In this document: positions 29,788 to 39,930 of the stretch, one piece after another
Layout of the letters: every line of letters starts with the position of its first letter
Position numbering within the stretch: the first letter of the stretch is position 1
NCBI GenBank assembly: GCA_027485595.1
Contig: JAIXQT010000048.1
Location: 1 to 54,914 of the forward strand
DNA from: Pseudomonadota bacterium
Lineage (GTDB): Bacteria; Bdellovibrionota_C; UBA2361; OMII01
DNA: 54,914 nt
Direction: 5' to 3'
Notes under the pieces: generated by a model
Told to the model about the DNA's origin: nothing
What the model saw: the letters and a program-made list of their open reading frames with translations, nothing else
The model's database searches: none
Program-made: the position numbers and the translations under genes

Positions 29788-30450
29788 CTATCCAACCAAG
29801 TAGAGGAGTGGGAAGAGGTAGATCCAGATGAGGTCTACCAAGTGCCAGTAGAGAGCGCCAAGCTCAACTGGGGTGTAATACTTTCCGGAAAACCGGTTGT
29901 TCATCGCTGGGCGAACTCCGTACCAGTACAGGAGACCCATACCGATGACGACGTGAAGAGCGTGAAGCCCTGACATGCAGAAGTAGAGACCCAGGAAGTT
30001 CTTATAGTGGTAGAAGTCTGAGTTCCACACGAATGGGAACATTCCGTGGTGAGCCTTCTCGGAGTACTCGTATCCCTTCACGAGAAGGAAGATAAATCCG
30101 GAGACGATGCTAATTCCGAAGTTCTTCACAACTCCGGCGTTATCTCCCTTTTGAGCCTTTGTTACGGCGACCGCGGCGGTGAAGCTCGAGATAAGGAGTA
30201 TTACGGTATTAAACCCACCTGCCCAAAGGTTAAGGTGCTTGCTCGCGTCATGGAACTCCGCCAAATGGTAGTACCGCATGACTGCAAAGCTGCAGAACAG
30301 CACGGCGAAAAGGAGAATTTCGGTTCCCAGGAAGAGCCACATACCGAGCTTTGCTGCTCCGTACGCCGTCGGCGTATCCATATGATGAATATGGGGTGGC
30401 TCCCCTGGGGGTACGTTGTGATCAACGATTGGATGGGCGACTGCACTCAT
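29788..30450 (-). CDS. ctaE: Cytochrome c oxidase subunit III
   Basis: GMWLFLGTEILLF, NTVILLISS, SGLHALHV and LYWHLVDLIWIYLFPLLY motifs. Confidence 0.95.
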   Translation of the reverse strand: MSAVAHPIVDHNVPPGEPPHIHHMDTPTAYGAAKLGMWLFLGTEILLFAVLFCSFAVMRYYHLAEFHDASKHLNLWAGGFNTVILLISSFTAAVAVTKAQKGDNAGVVKNFGISIVSGFIFLLVKGYEYSEKAHHGMFPFVWNSDFYHYKNFLGLYFCMSGLHALHVVIGMGLLYWYGVRPAMNNRFSGKYYTPVELGALYWHLVDLIWIYLFPLLYLVG

Positions 30451-30486
30451 AACATCCCTGTTAAATAGTAAACCTTTCTTAATCTC

Positions 30487-32112
30487 TTAGTGGCCACGTC
30501 CTGTAGGCGTTCCGTAATTGTACGGCTCCTCGGTCACAACCGGGATCTCCGCGAAGTTCTCGTGGATAGGAGGTGACTGAGTCTGCCACTCTAAGCCATG
30601 AGAGTTGTACGGATTGCGCGGAGCCTTCACCTTCCCGAAAAGAGCGGTGTAGAGAAGGTTCGCAAGCGCAAAGGTGTAACCAAATCCGTTGAGGTACGCT
30701 CCAATGGTGGAGATGGTGTGCAACGTTTGGTACTCAGCTGGATAATCGTAATACCGACGAGGCATGCCATCCATTCCGAGCATGAACTGCGGAATGAAGG
30801 TGAGGTTGAATCCGAAGAAGAGCGCTGCGAACGCGAACTTCGAAACGGTCTCGTTGTACATCTTGCCCGTCATCTTCGGGAACCAGAAGTGAAGCGCTGC
30901 GATAAGTCCGATTACCGCTCCTCCCTGAATGGTGTAGTGGAAGTGCGCCACAACGAAATACGTATCGTGGTAGTACACGTCAACTCCAAGCATCGCGAGA
31001 TAGATACCGGTTGTTCCCGCTACCATGAAGAGGAACACGAACGCCATCGCGTAGAGCATCGGCGTCTTGAAGGAGATCGACCCCTTGTACATCGTGCTCA
31101 CCCAGTTGAACACCTTGATGGCGGTTGGGATAGCTACGAGGAAGGTAACGATCGAGAAGAACTTAGCGGAGAAGTCTGAAATACCCGCTACGAACATGTG
31201 GTGAGCCCACACGATGAATCCTACTCCCGCGATAGCCATCGAGGAGATAACGACCAACTTGTATCCGAAGAGTGGCTTACGGGAGAACACTGGAATGATC
31301 TCGCCGACAACTCCGAAGGCCGGAAGCACCATGATGTATACTACTGGGTGAGAGTAGAACCAGAACAGATGCTCCATAAGAACGGGGTCGCCGCCCTTGG
31401 AAGGGTCGAAGATTCCCGCGCCGAACCATCGCTCAGCGATGATAAGGAGAAGTGTCATTCCTACTACCGGTGTTGCAACGGTTTGAATAACCGCTGTAGC
31501 GTACGAAGCCCAGATGAACACTGGTAGTCGCATCCAGGTCATTCCAGGAGCCCGAAGCTGGTGGATCGTAACGATGAAGTTAAGTCCGGTAAGGATCGAG
31601 GAGAAACCGAGCACGAAAGCCGCGAAAACCATCAAACTTACGGAGGTTCCGGTCGTGGTGCTGTATGGAGCGTAGAAGGTCCATCCGGTATCAATCGGGT
31701 TGAACATCGCAACTGCCCCGATAAGGGCTCCGACCACATACACATAGTAACTGAGGAGGTTAAGACGGGGGAACGCCACGTCCTTCGCTCCAATCATAAG
31801 AGGAATCAGGAAGTTTCCAAGGGTCGCTGGAATACCCGGTACGACGAAGAGGAAGATCATGAACACACCGTGCATCGTGAAGAGGACGTTGTAGGTGTGA
31901 GGGTCCGTAATGATCGTTGGTCCTGCGAACGCCAACTCCGTTCTAACCAAGAGAGCGGCAACGCCACCCGCAAGGAAGAAGAGGAGAATGGTGAAGAGGT
32001 ATAAGAAGCAGATGCGCTTGTGGTCAGTGGATGTGAGCCATGACCAGATGCCCTTCTGCCAATTGAGGTAGTTTAACTCCTCGTTTACTGCTGCTGATGC
32101 GTGCGCTGCCAT
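30487..32112 (-). CDS. ctaD: Cytochrome c oxidase subunit I, type A2
   Basis: TDHKRI, TMHG, GWTFY, FWFYSHPVVY (A2 YS motif), VWAHHMF, HDTYFVVAHFHY, GMPRRY. Confidence 0.97.
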   Translation of the reverse strand: MAAHASAAVNEELNYLNWQKGIWSWLTSTDHKRICFLYLFTILLFFLAGGVAALLVRTELAFAGPTIITDPHTYNVLFTMHGVFMIFLFVVPGIPATLGNFLIPLMIGAKDVAFPRLNLLSYYVYVVGALIGAVAMFNPIDTGWTFYAPYSTTTGTSVSLMVFAAFVLGFSSILTGLNFIVTIHQLRAPGMTWMRLPVFIWASYATAVIQTVATPVVGMTLLLIIAERWFGAGIFDPSKGGDPVLMEHLFWFYSHPVVYIMVLPAFGVVGEIIPVFSRKPLFGYKLVVISSMAIAGVGFIVWAHHMFVAGISDFSAKFFSIVTFLVAIPTAIKVFNWVSTMYKGSISFKTPMLYAMAFVFLFMVAGTTGIYLAMLGVDVYYHDTYFVVAHFHYTIQGGAVIGLIAALHFWFPKMTGKMYNETVSKFAFAALFFGFNLTFIPQFMLGMDGMPRRYYDYPAEYQTLHTISTIGAYLNGFGYTFALANLLYTALFGKVKAPRNPYNSHGLEWQTQSPPIHENFAEIPVVTEEPYNYGTPTGRGH

Positions 32113-32124
32113 AGTTACTACCCT

Positions 32125-33429
32125 TTATTTGAGCGTCTTTAAGTACTCAGTGATATCCGCCACGTCTTGATCCGAGAGCTTACCCTCGTACATAGCCGGC
32201 ATGACAGGACCATATCCTTGAACGATCTTAGCCGCAGGCTTATAGATCGACTCTTTGATGTACGCGTCGTCAACGGTAACTTCGCTACCATCGCTGATCT
32301 TCTCCTTACGTCCGTAGAGACCCTTAAATGATGGCCCAACCATCGCGGAGCCGTCGATGCTATGACACGTCGCACACATGTTCCCAGCGTCGTTGACGAG
32401 GGCCTTTCCTCGCTCTGCCGGCGTCATACCAGCTGTAGAAGCTGCGCTCTTCTTTGGAAGCGCCGGAGCAACCTCAACTTTTTGAGTGCCATCGAGCGTC
32501 TTCATGAACTCGATGAGACCAGTGATATCGTCATCAGAGAGCTGGCCCTGGTAGCTAGGCATACCCATCGCTGGATAGCCTTGAACCACTTTCGCCTGCG
32601 GCTGAAGAATAGACTCACGAATGTAGTTCTCATCAACCTTATAGGTCGAGCCATCTGCGAGCTTACCTTCCTTTCCGAAGATCTTAAGCCACGAAGGACC
32701 TACTCGCTGAGAACCATCCAAGCTGTGGCACGTTACGCACTGCTTAGAGACGTAGAGCTCTTTGCCACGATCCGATGGTTTGAGGGACGCGAGCTTACGA
32801 GCCTCGCTGTCATCAGCGAGCCATCGCTCGAACTCAGCCTTAGGAAGCACCTTGAGGCGAGCCAACATCTTGGAGTGCTCGTTTCCGCAGTACTCGGTGC
32901 AGAACACTTGGAAATCTCCGGTCTGGATGGGACGGAACCACTCGTAGGTGTAGCGGCCTGGAATCACGTCCGCTTTGGTTCTCATCACTGGAACGAAGAA
33001 GGAGTGAAGAACATCCTTAGCGGTCATGACGAGCTTAACCGGCTCGTCAACAGGAACAACAAGCTCGCCGGTTGTTTTCTTTCCGTTCTTGTAGGTGAAA
33101 TCCCACGCCCACTTACGACCTGTAACATTGATCTCCATCGCGTTCGCTGGAGGAGTGCGCAGCGCCACGAAGGAATCGTATCCAAGCCACGCGACCCAGA
33201 TACAGACGAGCGTTGGAAAGACCGTCCAGATAATCTCGAGGGTGTTATTTCCTTCAATTCGAGGGGTCTCGTGGTCCTTGCCATCACGTTGACGGTAGAT
33301 CACGGCGAAGTACAACATCACGCCAACGATCGCTACCGTACAAATGACGGAGAGAATCGTTACTACGTCATGGGCGTAATCTACCTTGTGTGCAAAGTCA
33401 GATCCTTGCTGTCCTAACAATCCCAACAT
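32125..33429 (-). CDS. ctaC: Cytochrome c oxidase subunit II with two fused C-terminal cytochrome c domains
   Basis: DVLHSF; CuA motif CTEYCGNEHSKM; heme motifs CVTCH and CATCH. Confidence 0.95.
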   Translation of the reverse strand: MLGLLGQQGSDFAHKVDYAHDVVTILSVICTVAIVGVMLYFAVIYRQRDGKDHETPRIEGNNTLEIIWTVFPTLVCIWVAWLGYDSFVALRTPPANAMEINVTGRKWAWDFTYKNGKKTTGELVVPVDEPVKLVMTAKDVLHSFFVPVMRTKADVIPGRYTYEWFRPIQTGDFQVFCTEYCGNEHSKMLARLKVLPKAEFERWLADDSEARKLASLKPSDRGKELYVSKQCVTCHSLDGSQRVGPSWLKIFGKEGKLADGSTYKVDENYIRESILQPQAKVVQGYPAMGMPSYQGQLSDDDITGLIEFMKTLDGTQKVEVAPALPKKSAASTAGMTPAERGKALVNDAGNMCATCHSIDGSAMVGPSFKGLYGRKEKISDGSEVTVDDAYIKESIYKPAAKIVQGYGPVMPAMYEGKLSDQDVADITEYLKTLK

Positions 33430-33471
33430 ACCAGTCTCTTTCGTTACTCCAAAAAAATCCTTCCGGTCTCT

Positions 33472-34443
33472 CTAACTTACTGCCGAACCTCGGCGATTCC
33501 TGACAAAGAAATAGTAGACGAGACCGAGACCGATGAGCGTAAGTGCGCCGCCAACTCGAAGCAATCCTCGAACCGCCCACGTGTATCTACCTTTGACGGC
33601 ATCAAATCGGAAGCAGTAGAGCAAAAAATGATCTATAGCGGTACCGATGCCACCTTTAGAGGCTTCGACTAACGAGAGGCGCACATCCCACGAGGGGAAC
33701 ATTATCCCGGTGAAATATTGCGAGATGAGGCCGCTCGAGGTCAATATCATAACCGCCGCCGAGTGCGCAAAATCTACTCCATCTTTCGCGAACTTAAACC
33801 CCAGTTCGTTCATGAGCGCCGATACGTTCTCCGGCGTTCCCACTAGGTAGTGTATCGCGCCGCTCCCCGCGAGAGCATCTCCCTCCAATCGCGCGTTAAA
33901 TTTATCCATCACCGCTTTGGCGTTTGCGGGGGTCTCAGTTGGATCAAACCCCACCACGAGAACCGAGTAATCGTTGGATAGCTTCAACGGAAGCTCATTT
34001 AGAAGGTCATAGACTCCGTTCAGGAGGAGGCCACACAAGCGAGGACATTTATAATACACGGGAGCGATAACGATGGGCTTCCCCGGAAGTGCAAAATCCT
34101 TGAGTGGCTTCGCAACGCCGTTACTATCCGTGAAGGGTCGATTAAGATCAACCTGAGCCCCTAATTGCGTAAAGATACCAACATCTTGCGCGGCCATAGC
34201 CCCAGGATCTTCAATCGCCTGCGCCCTCATCGGAGCGAGGATTGCTGCGCAGCAGCACAAAACCACAAAGAGGATGGTGCGTCTGGCGTATGCAGAGAGG
34301 ATGGGGCCATAGATTGCCATGGTCTGCCAATCATCAGTCAAATCCAAAATCTTTTCAACCAACTGCCCCTCCTCTCGGCTCTTTATACCCAACATAACTA
34401 TCGCCAAACCATCATTACCCACACACCAACAAATGCTTGACAT
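33472..34443 (-). CDS. SCO family copper chaperone (true start probably downstream, e.g. 34320)
   Basis: YYKCPRLCGL CxxxC motif, FAHSAA, IDHFLLYCFRFD; C-terminal TM; upstream of ctaC. Confidence 0.9.
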   Translation of the reverse strand: MSSICWCVGNDGLAIVMLGIKSREEGQLVEKILDLTDDWQTMAIYGPILSAYARRTILFVVLCCCAAILAPMRAQAIEDPGAMAAQDVGIFTQLGAQVDLNRPFTDSNGVAKPLKDFALPGKPIVIAPVYYKCPRLCGLLLNGVYDLLNELPLKLSNDYSVLVVGFDPTETPANAKAVMDKFNARLEGDALAGSGAIHYLVGTPENVSALMNELGFKFAKDGVDFAHSAAVMILTSSGLISQYFTGIMFPSWDVRLSLVEASKGGIGTAIDHFLLYCFRFDAVKGRYTWAVRGLLRVGGALTLIGLGLVYYFFVRNRRGSAVS

Positions 34444-34470
34444 GCATAACTGCCATTAGTACCCTCCCAA

Positions 34471-34499
34471 CTATAGTTGAGTAACTTTATCAACTATAG
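34471..34499. promoter_or_regulatory. Palindromic operator candidate between the divergent sco-cox operon and the DtxR/MntR gene
   Basis: CTATAGTTGA-N9-TCAACTATAG, perfect 10-bp arms. Confidence 0.55.
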
Positions 34500-34565
34500 A
34501 TCTCCACGAAACCATGCCCCTCTGGCCCAACCAGCGCTGAGGGACCGTAGTGAAGAGGTAAGGTA

Positions 34566-34970
34566 ATGGATATTTGGAAGAAGTTCGAAGAGAACAATAT
34601 TACCCACAGTGCCGCTCATCACCTTCTCGCGATCCTTGAGCTACGAGAGAAGCGGGGATACGCCCGTGTAACAGACGTCGCTCGGGAGCTTAACATCACC
34701 ACGGGAAGCGCCTCCATCAACTTAAAGTCTCTCAAGGCTAAGAACCTTATTCTTGAGGACGAGAATAAATTTCTCGCGCTTTCTGAGGCGGGCGAAGCCG
34801 TCGCTCGGGCTGTGCTCATGAGAAAGAATATCTTGTACGATTTTTTGGCGAATATACTCAACGTACGACCAGAGCAAGCTGAGATAGACTCGTGCAAAAC
34901 GGAGCATCTGATCAGCGCCGAAACGGCGAAGAAGCTCCAGGAGTTCATCGAGGGATATCGCAAGAAGTAG
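34566..34970 (+). CDS. DtxR/MntR family metal-dependent transcriptional regulator
   Basis: GYARVTDVARELNITTGSAS HTH; AEIDSCKTEHLIS metal-binding motif. Confidence 0.9.
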   Translation: MDIWKKFEENNITHSAAHHLLAILELREKRGYARVTDVARELNITTGSASINLKSLKAKNLILEDENKFLALSEAGEAVARAVLMRKNILYDFLANILNVRPEQAEIDSCKTEHLISAETAKKLQEFIEGYRKK

Positions 34971-35011
34971 TCGGTTGCCGTTTTGAAACCTTAAGGATAA
35001 GACCACACACC

Positions 35012-35443
35012 ATGAAAGCCACTCTCAAGGAAGCGCTCAAAAGCGCGATGAAAGCTCAAGACAAGTTGCGACTTGAAACTATCCGTTCAGTGCTCAGTGA
35101 GATGCAGTACGAAGAGATGCAAAAATCCGTTGATGAGCTCGGAGCTACTGAGAGTCTTCAAATCGTGCAACGTGAGGTCAAGAAACGCCAAGAGGCGATT
35201 CAATTTGAAGAGCAAGCGGGCCGAGCTGAGCAGAAAGCTAAACTTGAGGCTGAGATCGCCATTCTCGAGGAATTCCTGCCCAAACAACTCTCGGCTGACG
35301 ATCTTGAGAAGATCATCGTGACCTTGAAGGAGAGCACCCCAGGACTCGCGCTCAACGTTGTCATGAAGCACCTCAAGGACAACTACGCCGGCCAATACGA
35401 TGGCAAGAGCGCAAGCGAGATCGCAAAGCGCGTTGTAGGGTAA
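35012..35443 (+). CDS. GatB/YqeY domain protein
   Basis: LKSAMKAQDKLRLETIR, EIAILEEFLPKQLS, GQYDGK motifs. Confidence 0.93.
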   Translation: MKATLKEALKSAMKAQDKLRLETIRSVLSEMQYEEMQKSVDELGATESLQIVQREVKKRQEAIQFEEQAGRAEQKAKLEAEIAILEEFLPKQLSADDLEKIIVTLKESTPGLALNVVMKHLKDNYAGQYDGKSASEIAKRVVG

Positions 35444-35448
35444 CCACC

Positions 35449-36822
35449 TTGAAACCTCCAACCTTTTGCGTGGAAAGTGTCCTCCCCCACTCTCCAACGG
35501 AGGTTTTCGCCTGGCACACGCGAACCGGCGCCTTTGAGCGATTCAATCCTCCGTGGCGTCCCGTCCGGGTGATTCAGCCTCCTGAGTCTCTCCGTGACGG
35601 TTCTCCGGTCCACATCAAGATACCAGTGCTGGGTCCACTCGGCATCTCTTGGAGGCTCATTCATCGGGAATACCGTGAGAACGAGCAGTTTTGTGACGAG
35701 CAGGTGCGGGGTCCCTTTCGATCGTGGAAGCACTACCACCGCTTCATCGCGAACAACGAACGATCGTGCTGCATGCGCGACGAGATACACTTCGCTCTTC
35801 CCTATGGTATCGCTTTGGCGAAACCGCTCGTTATCCGAGAGCTGAATCGTCTATTTCGATACCGTCACATGATTCTACAGAATGACTTGGACCTGCACGC
35901 GCGCTTCAAAGACGCTCCTCGTAAGACCATCTTGGTAAGCGGCTCCTCCGGATTCATAGGATCAGCGCTGTGCGCATTCCTCTCAACCGCTGGCCACACC
36001 GTTCGGCGGCTTGTTCGTCATCCCACTCGCCATCCTGAGGAGAGGAGTTGGGATCCAGATCGACACGTGCTCGATCCTTCTGTGTTTGAGGGAGTGGATG
36101 TCGTGATTCATCTCGGCGGAGAGAGCCTCGTCGGGCATCGATGGACCCCAGAGTATAAGCGCAGGATCCTTGAGAGCCGCACAAAGTCATCCGCGCTGCT
36201 CTGCAAAACTATCGCCCAACTAGAGCGTAGGCCTGCGGTTGTGATTATGGCCTCCGCGATAGGCTACTACGGCGATACGGGAGAAACAGTTGCCGATGAA
36301 CGGTCACCTGCAGGATCCGGCTTTCTTGCTGAGACATGCAAAGCCTGGGAGGCAAGCGCTCGAGACAATCTCCTCGAGTCAACGAGACTGGTTCACATTC
36401 GGATCGGCACCGTTCTCAACGCTGCCGGCGGCGCTCTTAAACAGATGCTCCCAGTTTTTAAACTTGGCGCGGGGGGCGTGCTCGGCACTGGACGCCAGTA
36501 CATGAGCTGGATAGCGCTTCAAGATCTCCTCGGAATCTTTGAGCACGCGATCTACACATCGTCGATGCGTGGGGCGTTTAACGCCGTGGCGCCAGAGCCT
36601 GTAACAAATAGAGAATTCACAAAGACCCTTGGCAAGATCTTGCGAAGGCCCACCATCGCTCCAGCGCCCGCCGCTATATTGCGATTGATGTTCGGCGAAG
36701 TGGCTGACGCGGTGCTCCTTGCGAGTTGTCGAGTGGCTCCGCGAGCATTGGTTGATTCAGGCTACACCTATATCCTTCCGCACCTTGAAGAGGCGCTACG
36801 TTGCGAGTGCGGGGAGTTTTAG
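35449..36822 (+). CDS. TIGR01777 family NAD-dependent epimerase/oxidoreductase with N-terminal SRPBCC domain
   Basis: VFAWH..GAFER, FCDEQVRGPFRSWKHYHRF; ILVSGSSGFIG, SAIGYYG, GRQYMSWIALQD. Confidence 0.9.
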   Translation: MKPPTFCVESVLPHSPTEVFAWHTRTGAFERFNPPWRPVRVIQPPESLRDGSPVHIKIPVLGPLGISWRLIHREYRENEQFCDEQVRGPFRSWKHYHRFIANNERSCCMRDEIHFALPYGIALAKPLVIRELNRLFRYRHMILQNDLDLHARFKDAPRKTILVSGSSGFIGSALCAFLSTAGHTVRRLVRHPTRHPEERSWDPDRHVLDPSVFEGVDVVIHLGGESLVGHRWTPEYKRRILESRTKSSALLCKTIAQLERRPAVVIMASAIGYYGDTGETVADERSPAGSGFLAETCKAWEASARDNLLESTRLVHIRIGTVLNAAGGALKQMLPVFKLGAGGVLGTGRQYMSWIALQDLLGIFEHAIYTSSMRGAFNAVAPEPVTNREFTKTLGKILRRPTIAPAPAAILRLMFGEVADAVLLASCRVAPRALVDSGYTYILPHLEEALRCECGEF

Positions 36823-37039
36823 ACTTCCGTCGAGGATCTGGTTTTACTCAATAGGAGTTCGAAACGATCGCGTTTCATGCCATCGCCGATCCGTTGATCT
36901 ACCTCACTCGACGTACACACCGGATAGGCCTCAAAGAGAGGACCGCCTTAACCGGCTGCGATTATGAGGAATTAATTGTGGTTGAGGTGGAGATGCGAGG
37001 TGCCGTACCCTGTTACTGACACGTAACGTGTTTGATCGC

Positions 37040-37070
37040 CGGATCTGCACAATACCTATGTTATACGTCC
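37040..37070 (+). mobile_element. attI-like cassette entry site 1 (core GTTATAC at 37060-37066)
   Basis: GTTATACGTCC is the exact 11-bp reverse complement of the cassette end GGACGTATAAC (37530-37540); upstream motif shared with 39941-39964; no attC hairpin precedes it. Confidence 0.55.
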
Positions 37071-37071
37071 G

Positions 37072-37539
37072 ATGAAATCGCAAGAATTGATAGCGCTCCT
37101 CGAGGCAACTTTCACTGAAAGATCGTTGGGCGATGGCATGTCGCAGAGGCGAGCGCACGAAATTGACGACCTGCGAATTCCCTTTGCTCCAGGCTTCACA
37201 CGGACTGAAGACGATATTACCGATGACTGGCGGAGAGTATCCGCCGTAGATCCATCCTGCTTTTATGATTATGACGACAAAGGCTGGAGATATTACCTTC
37301 CCGCCGCTTTGCGAAATTACCTATTGGCAGGAGAAGACAGCTTAGACCACGATCTGAAATTCTTATTATTGCCGGAAGAGAGCGAGTGGTCACCAAACGA
37401 TTTTGTAGAGAGAGTCGGCTTAAATGATACTCAAGCAAAATGTATTGCCAGAATCCTTCAGCATTTTAGCTCGGATTTAGATGAGAAGGAGCAGCAGCAA
37501 TTGGCAAAATGGATTGAAGCCTATGGAAAGGACGTATAA
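37072..37539 (+). CDS. Gene cassette, DUF6714-like hypothetical protein
   Basis: LGDGMS..AHEIDD, YDDKGWRYYLPA motifs; the TAA stop forms part of the attC inverse core. Confidence 0.65.
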   Translation: MKSQELIALLEATFTERSLGDGMSQRRAHEIDDLRIPFAPGFTRTEDDITDDWRRVSAVDPSCFYDYDDKGWRYYLPAALRNYLLAGEDSLDHDLKFLLLPEESEWSPNDFVERVGLNDTQAKCIARILQHFSSDLDEKEQQQLAKWIEAYGKDV

Positions 37540-37618
37540 CCAACACTAGCTGCGGAGCGGACAAGCAGCTAAACTTAATTGGAGTGGCGGCGACCGCTCG
37601 CAGTAGTGAACATTAAGG
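37534..37618 (+). mobile_element. attC site 1 (core degenerate, ATTAAGG)
   Basis: GTATAAC-caaca-CTAGCTGCGGAGCGG...CCGCTCGCAGTAG imperfect inverted repeat; same type as 40650-40734. Confidence 0.65.
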
Positions 37619-37725
37619 ACGGCATTCTTGCGGTGCGTTAGGTGGCATGAACGTGGCATGCCCAAGACGTACCTGGAGTTACAAGTACAAAGTTAATTAA
37701 GGCCTTCCGCTTGCGGCCCTAATCG

Positions 37726-37923
37726 TCATGCTGCAACCGTCTCGTAGGAAAAGTCTAGCTTACCCTCGGCTTGCTTGGCGTGCTCGATAGTCAATCCGAC
37801 TACCTTACCGTCTTTATCGAGCTCTAGGAGCACGTTGTCGTTTAGCTCCTCAGTTTGAGCAGGCTCTCTATCGCTTAATTCTATATAAAGAGTATCTGTG
37901 TCCTCGAAATATCTGACTTTCAT
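37726..37923 (-). CDS. DUF2283 (YuzE-like) putative antitoxin
   Basis: MKVRYFEDTDTLYIEL...LELDKDGKVVGLTIEHA. Confidence 0.85.
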   Translation of the reverse strand: MKVRYFEDTDTLYIELSDREPAQTEELNDNVLLELDKDGKVVGLTIEHAKQAEGKLDFSYETVAA

Positions 37924-37928
37924 GCATC

Positions 37929-38165
37929 CTACTCCTTAAACTTTCGGTCGAAAAACGCGTTATGAACGGTTTCGCCGTCCTCTAGAAGAACAACTCTGAG
38001 ATATCTGTTCTCAGCTTCATGCACCTTGCCCCATAGTCTTATTCTACCATCATCCTGAGTTACTCTTCTACTTGGATTTCTCATAACCTCTCGAATCCAC
38101 TCATCTTGAATGGCTTCACGGTCAGGAAGGGAGCGGCGAAATTGGAAGTATTTAGTTGCTTTCAT
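37929..38165 (-). CDS. DUF4258-like putative toxin (RelE/BrnT-like), paired with DUF2283
   Basis: EWIREVMRNP..QDDGRIRLWG..RYLRVVLLEDGETVHNAFFDR; 5 bp from its partner. Confidence 0.75.
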   Translation of the reverse strand: MKATKYFQFRRSLPDREAIQDEWIREVMRNPSRRVTQDDGRIRLWGKVHEAENRYLRVVLLEDGETVHNAFFDRKFKE

Positions 38166-38206
38166 TGGACTTTCAGGGCAGCTTTTTCAATATGTTAGCA
38201 GCCGAT

Positions 38207-38300
38207 GCATAACAAATAACTCCACCAGATTGTCGCGCATGCATTACATCATGGTATGAGCTACGGTCAGCTGCGACAACCGGTGATTTGGACGTTATTC
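38207..38300 (+). mobile_element. attC site 2
   Basis: GCATAAC...GTTATTC cores; arms CTCCACCAGATTGTCGC / GCGACAACCGGTGAT with extra bases in the left arm. Confidence 0.8.
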
Positions 38301-38301
38301 C

Positions 38302-38820
38302 CTAGAAGCCGATCCTCCTTTTCTTCTGTTCAGTCGGCTTCTCAAGTTGTGCGATTAGAAATCGAATCTCTTGCAACTCCTGCTCGTGCTCCGCGAACCC
38401 CTGGGCGAGTCGTTTCTCGATGTCTTGCAGTTGCCGCTTTAGCTCTCCGTGTTCGGCAAGCATCGTCCTCATACGAATAAAGGTGCGTACGACGATAATA
38501 CTCGCATGAATCGCGACCTTGCTGCTTAGCACGTTAGCGGCCATGACGGCGCCGTGCTCGGTGAACACATACGGTCGATAACGACGCCCTCCTTTCGGCC
38601 CATTTGAGGTCGCAATTTGCGACCTCAAACTCGCAACTTCTTGAAAGTCCAGTTGAAACATAAAGTCGTCAGGGAAGCGATCACGGTTTCGCTTAACCTG
38701 CTCATTCAGCCGCTTTGTTGAGGCCCCATACAGTCGAGCAAGGTCTTGGTCGAGAATCACCCGCTGTCCTCGAATGGTGAAGATGGTGCCCTCAATACTG
38801 GTGAATGTGTCTTGTTCCAT
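38302..38820 (-). CDS. ORF6N domain DNA-binding protein, copy 1 (intact), antisense cassette
   Basis: IRGQRVILDQDLARLYG..TKRLNEQVKRN.DRFPDDFMFQL, PYVFTEHGAVMAA; C-terminal coiled coil ending KKRRIGF. Confidence 0.9.
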   Translation of the reverse strand: MEQDTFTSIEGTIFTIRGQRVILDQDLARLYGASTKRLNEQVKRNRDRFPDDFMFQLDFQEVASLRSQIATSNGPKGGRRYRPYVFTEHGAVMAANVLSSKVAIHASIIVVRTFIRMRTMLAEHGELKRQLQDIEKRLAQGFAEHEQELQEIRFLIAQLEKPTEQKKRRIGF

Positions 38821-38870
38821 GGAGGTCTACTCGAAAGTGCGCAGTGGAAGTTGCGTGGTCGCGGACAAAG

Positions 38871-38926
38871 GGATAACAATTAAAGCCAGCGCAGCGCTCT
38901 GGGCCCGCTGCTTATCACCGTTATCC
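38871..38926 (+). mobile_element. attC site 3 (short, 56 bp)
   Basis: GGATAAC-aatta-AAGCCAGCG...CGCTGCTT-atcacc-GTTATCC; one extra C in the left arm. Confidence 0.8.
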
Positions 38927-39478
38927 TTTTCTACCGAATCCAATCGGTTTTTTTGAACTTGGCGGCGGTAGATCCATCAGTTATTGAATCGCAAAGCGGA
39001 CAGCTTGTAGTTCATCCTCAGTATCGTGAAATCCTCGAGCGACTCGCTCCTCCAGTCGTTCTAGTCGCAATTTCAACTCGCGATGTTCAGAGATAATCTC
39101 GCGAGCGTGAATGAAAGCTCTGACAACTAGGATGCTTGTCTCGATTGCAACCCTACTATTAAGGACCGTCGCGGCCATAATCGCCCCGTGCTCTGTAAAA
39201 ACAAGCGGTAAGATACCCGAAAATTTGAGCTTTTGAAGGTGGTCGCACTTTGCGACCACCTCGTCCGTTTTGGCTTTCGTTAATTGCAGGACGAAGTCAG
39301 TTGGAAAGCGCTCACTATTTCGCCTCACCTGCTCTTTGAGACGTTTTGTCTTTACGCCGTAAAGCTCCGCCAAATCTGAGTCAATTATTACTCTATGCCC
39401 ACGAATCAGCATGATATGTGGGCGGGCGGCTTAATGGCTTTGTTGAACAATCTGATTTTGTGCTTTTGGTTTGTTCAT
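38921..39478 (-). pseudogene. ORF6N domain gene copy 2; in-frame TAA at 38981-38983 and 39431-39433 (open segment 38981..39412)
   Basis: Reading past the 38981 stop gives LMDLPPPSSKKPIGFGRKG*, matching copy 3 (CAA there, TAA here); in-frame ATG at 39478. Confidence 0.75.
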
Positions 39479-39930
39479 ATCTCTGTGGGGCTTCGTCCGG
39501 TTTTGAATATCTGGCGGTCAGTCGCGCTAGAGGGGGCACGTCTGGCATGACTGCGAAAATTTCAGGCACGCTCATATCTCAGGGATGCCGCGTGCCATCG
39601 AAGCAGTGGAATCGGCGGATCCTGAGAAGATACCGGTTCTCGGTTGTGTGGCTAAGTTGCCGCAATCGAATCACCAATCTAACAAAATCAAATAACACCT
39701 TAGGCGGCTGTGTTGAGCCCATGCCTATATATCGATGTCTCTCGAGAGAAGTTGCGGCTAGTACTTTCGGCCCTAGATGCGCGGATCGGCACAGCTACAT
39801 TGATTCGGTGTAGATACACAGGTCCTAAGATAAGGTCCTTTTCGCCTCTATCTCCCGATATTACTGATCAATCTTATAAGTTGAGCGGCAGAAGAGGGGG
39901 ATGATATTATTCGGAAGGTAGGTCGACCGT

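Noticed and set aside
30046-33417. Long plus-strand ORFs (30046..30468, 30598..31179, 31561..32004, 32362..33417)
   Set aside because: Antisense shadows of the strongly codon-biased cox genes with no protein-like motifs
39677-39720. Additional attC (TCTAAC...GTTGAGC)
   Set aside because: Too short, and the arms do not pair as in the other sites
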